NCBI GenBank assembly: GCA_000934665.2
Contig: KZ538491.1
Location: 46,584-66,583, forward strand
DNA: 20,000 nucleotides
Origin: Catajapyx aquilonaris
Lineage: Eukaryota
Direction of reading: 5' to 3'
Numbering within the stretch: the stretch's first letter is position 1; every line of letters begins with the position of its first letter. The position numbers and the translations under genes were made by a program. The notes beneath the pieces were generated by a model that did no database searches, was not told the DNA's origin, and was given only the letters and a program-made list of their open reading frames with translations. Of the stretch, positions 19,688 through 20,000 are shown piece by piece.

Positions 19688-20000
19688 GACCTCGCCGATT
19701 TTCTTCAAATTCGGTGCATTGGTAGCCCACACCAAGGGATGAAAAACGCACCTATAGTTACCTGATCTAAATGACCTCGTGACCCAATTTTGAGGGGGGC
19801 AGAGGTCAAATTATAAAATTTCGACCTCACCGATTTTTTTGAAATTCGGTGCATTGGTAGCCCACCCCAAGGGATGAAAAACGCGCCTATAGTTACCTGA
19901 TCAAAATGACCTCGTGACCCAATTTTGAGGGGGGCAGAGGTCAAATTTCGACCTCACCGGATTTTCTTCAAATTCGGTGCATTGGTAGCCCACACCAAAG
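19688..20000. repeat. Tandem repeat, ~130-bp unit (135 and 127 bp, third copy truncated by window) in API5 intron 2
   Basis: Units start at 19688, 19823 and 19950 (GACCTC.CCGATTTT...AAATTCGGTGCATTGGTAGCCCAC...), highly similar, with one 8-bp indel. Confidence 0.95.

Noticed and set aside
19688..20000. CRISPR-like array
   Set aside because: Eukaryotic context; units are similar along their full length with no unique spacers.

Overview
Gene-dense, intron-containing metazoan genomic DNA, probably an arthropod or other protostome (inferred from gene structure; not determinable exactly). Splicing exons by hand gives five protein-coding genes: the 3' end of NAA15/Nat1 (+), a complete dCMP deaminase DCTD (-, 216 aa), a complete four-exon Hand bHLH cardiac transcription factor (-, 215 aa, largely missed by the ORF track), a complete NADH-cytochrome b5 reductase (-, 313 aa) and the first two exons of API5 (+), head-to-head with the reductase. 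Non-coding features include pogo/Tigger-like and Tourist-like MITEs, several long near-perfect palindromes, a ~130-bp tandem repeat behind a piggyBac-like end, two (AAT)n microsatellites and one assembly gap. The best leads are: a candidate intronic snoRNA in NAA15; tight linkage of NAA15-DCTD-Hand (all human 4q) beside CYB5R-API5 (human 11p); a MITE rebuilt by local inverted duplications; a possible short CRE/TATA-driven hairpin-containing transcript; and NK2+GATA modules upstream of Hand. I found no convincing novel protein-coding system.
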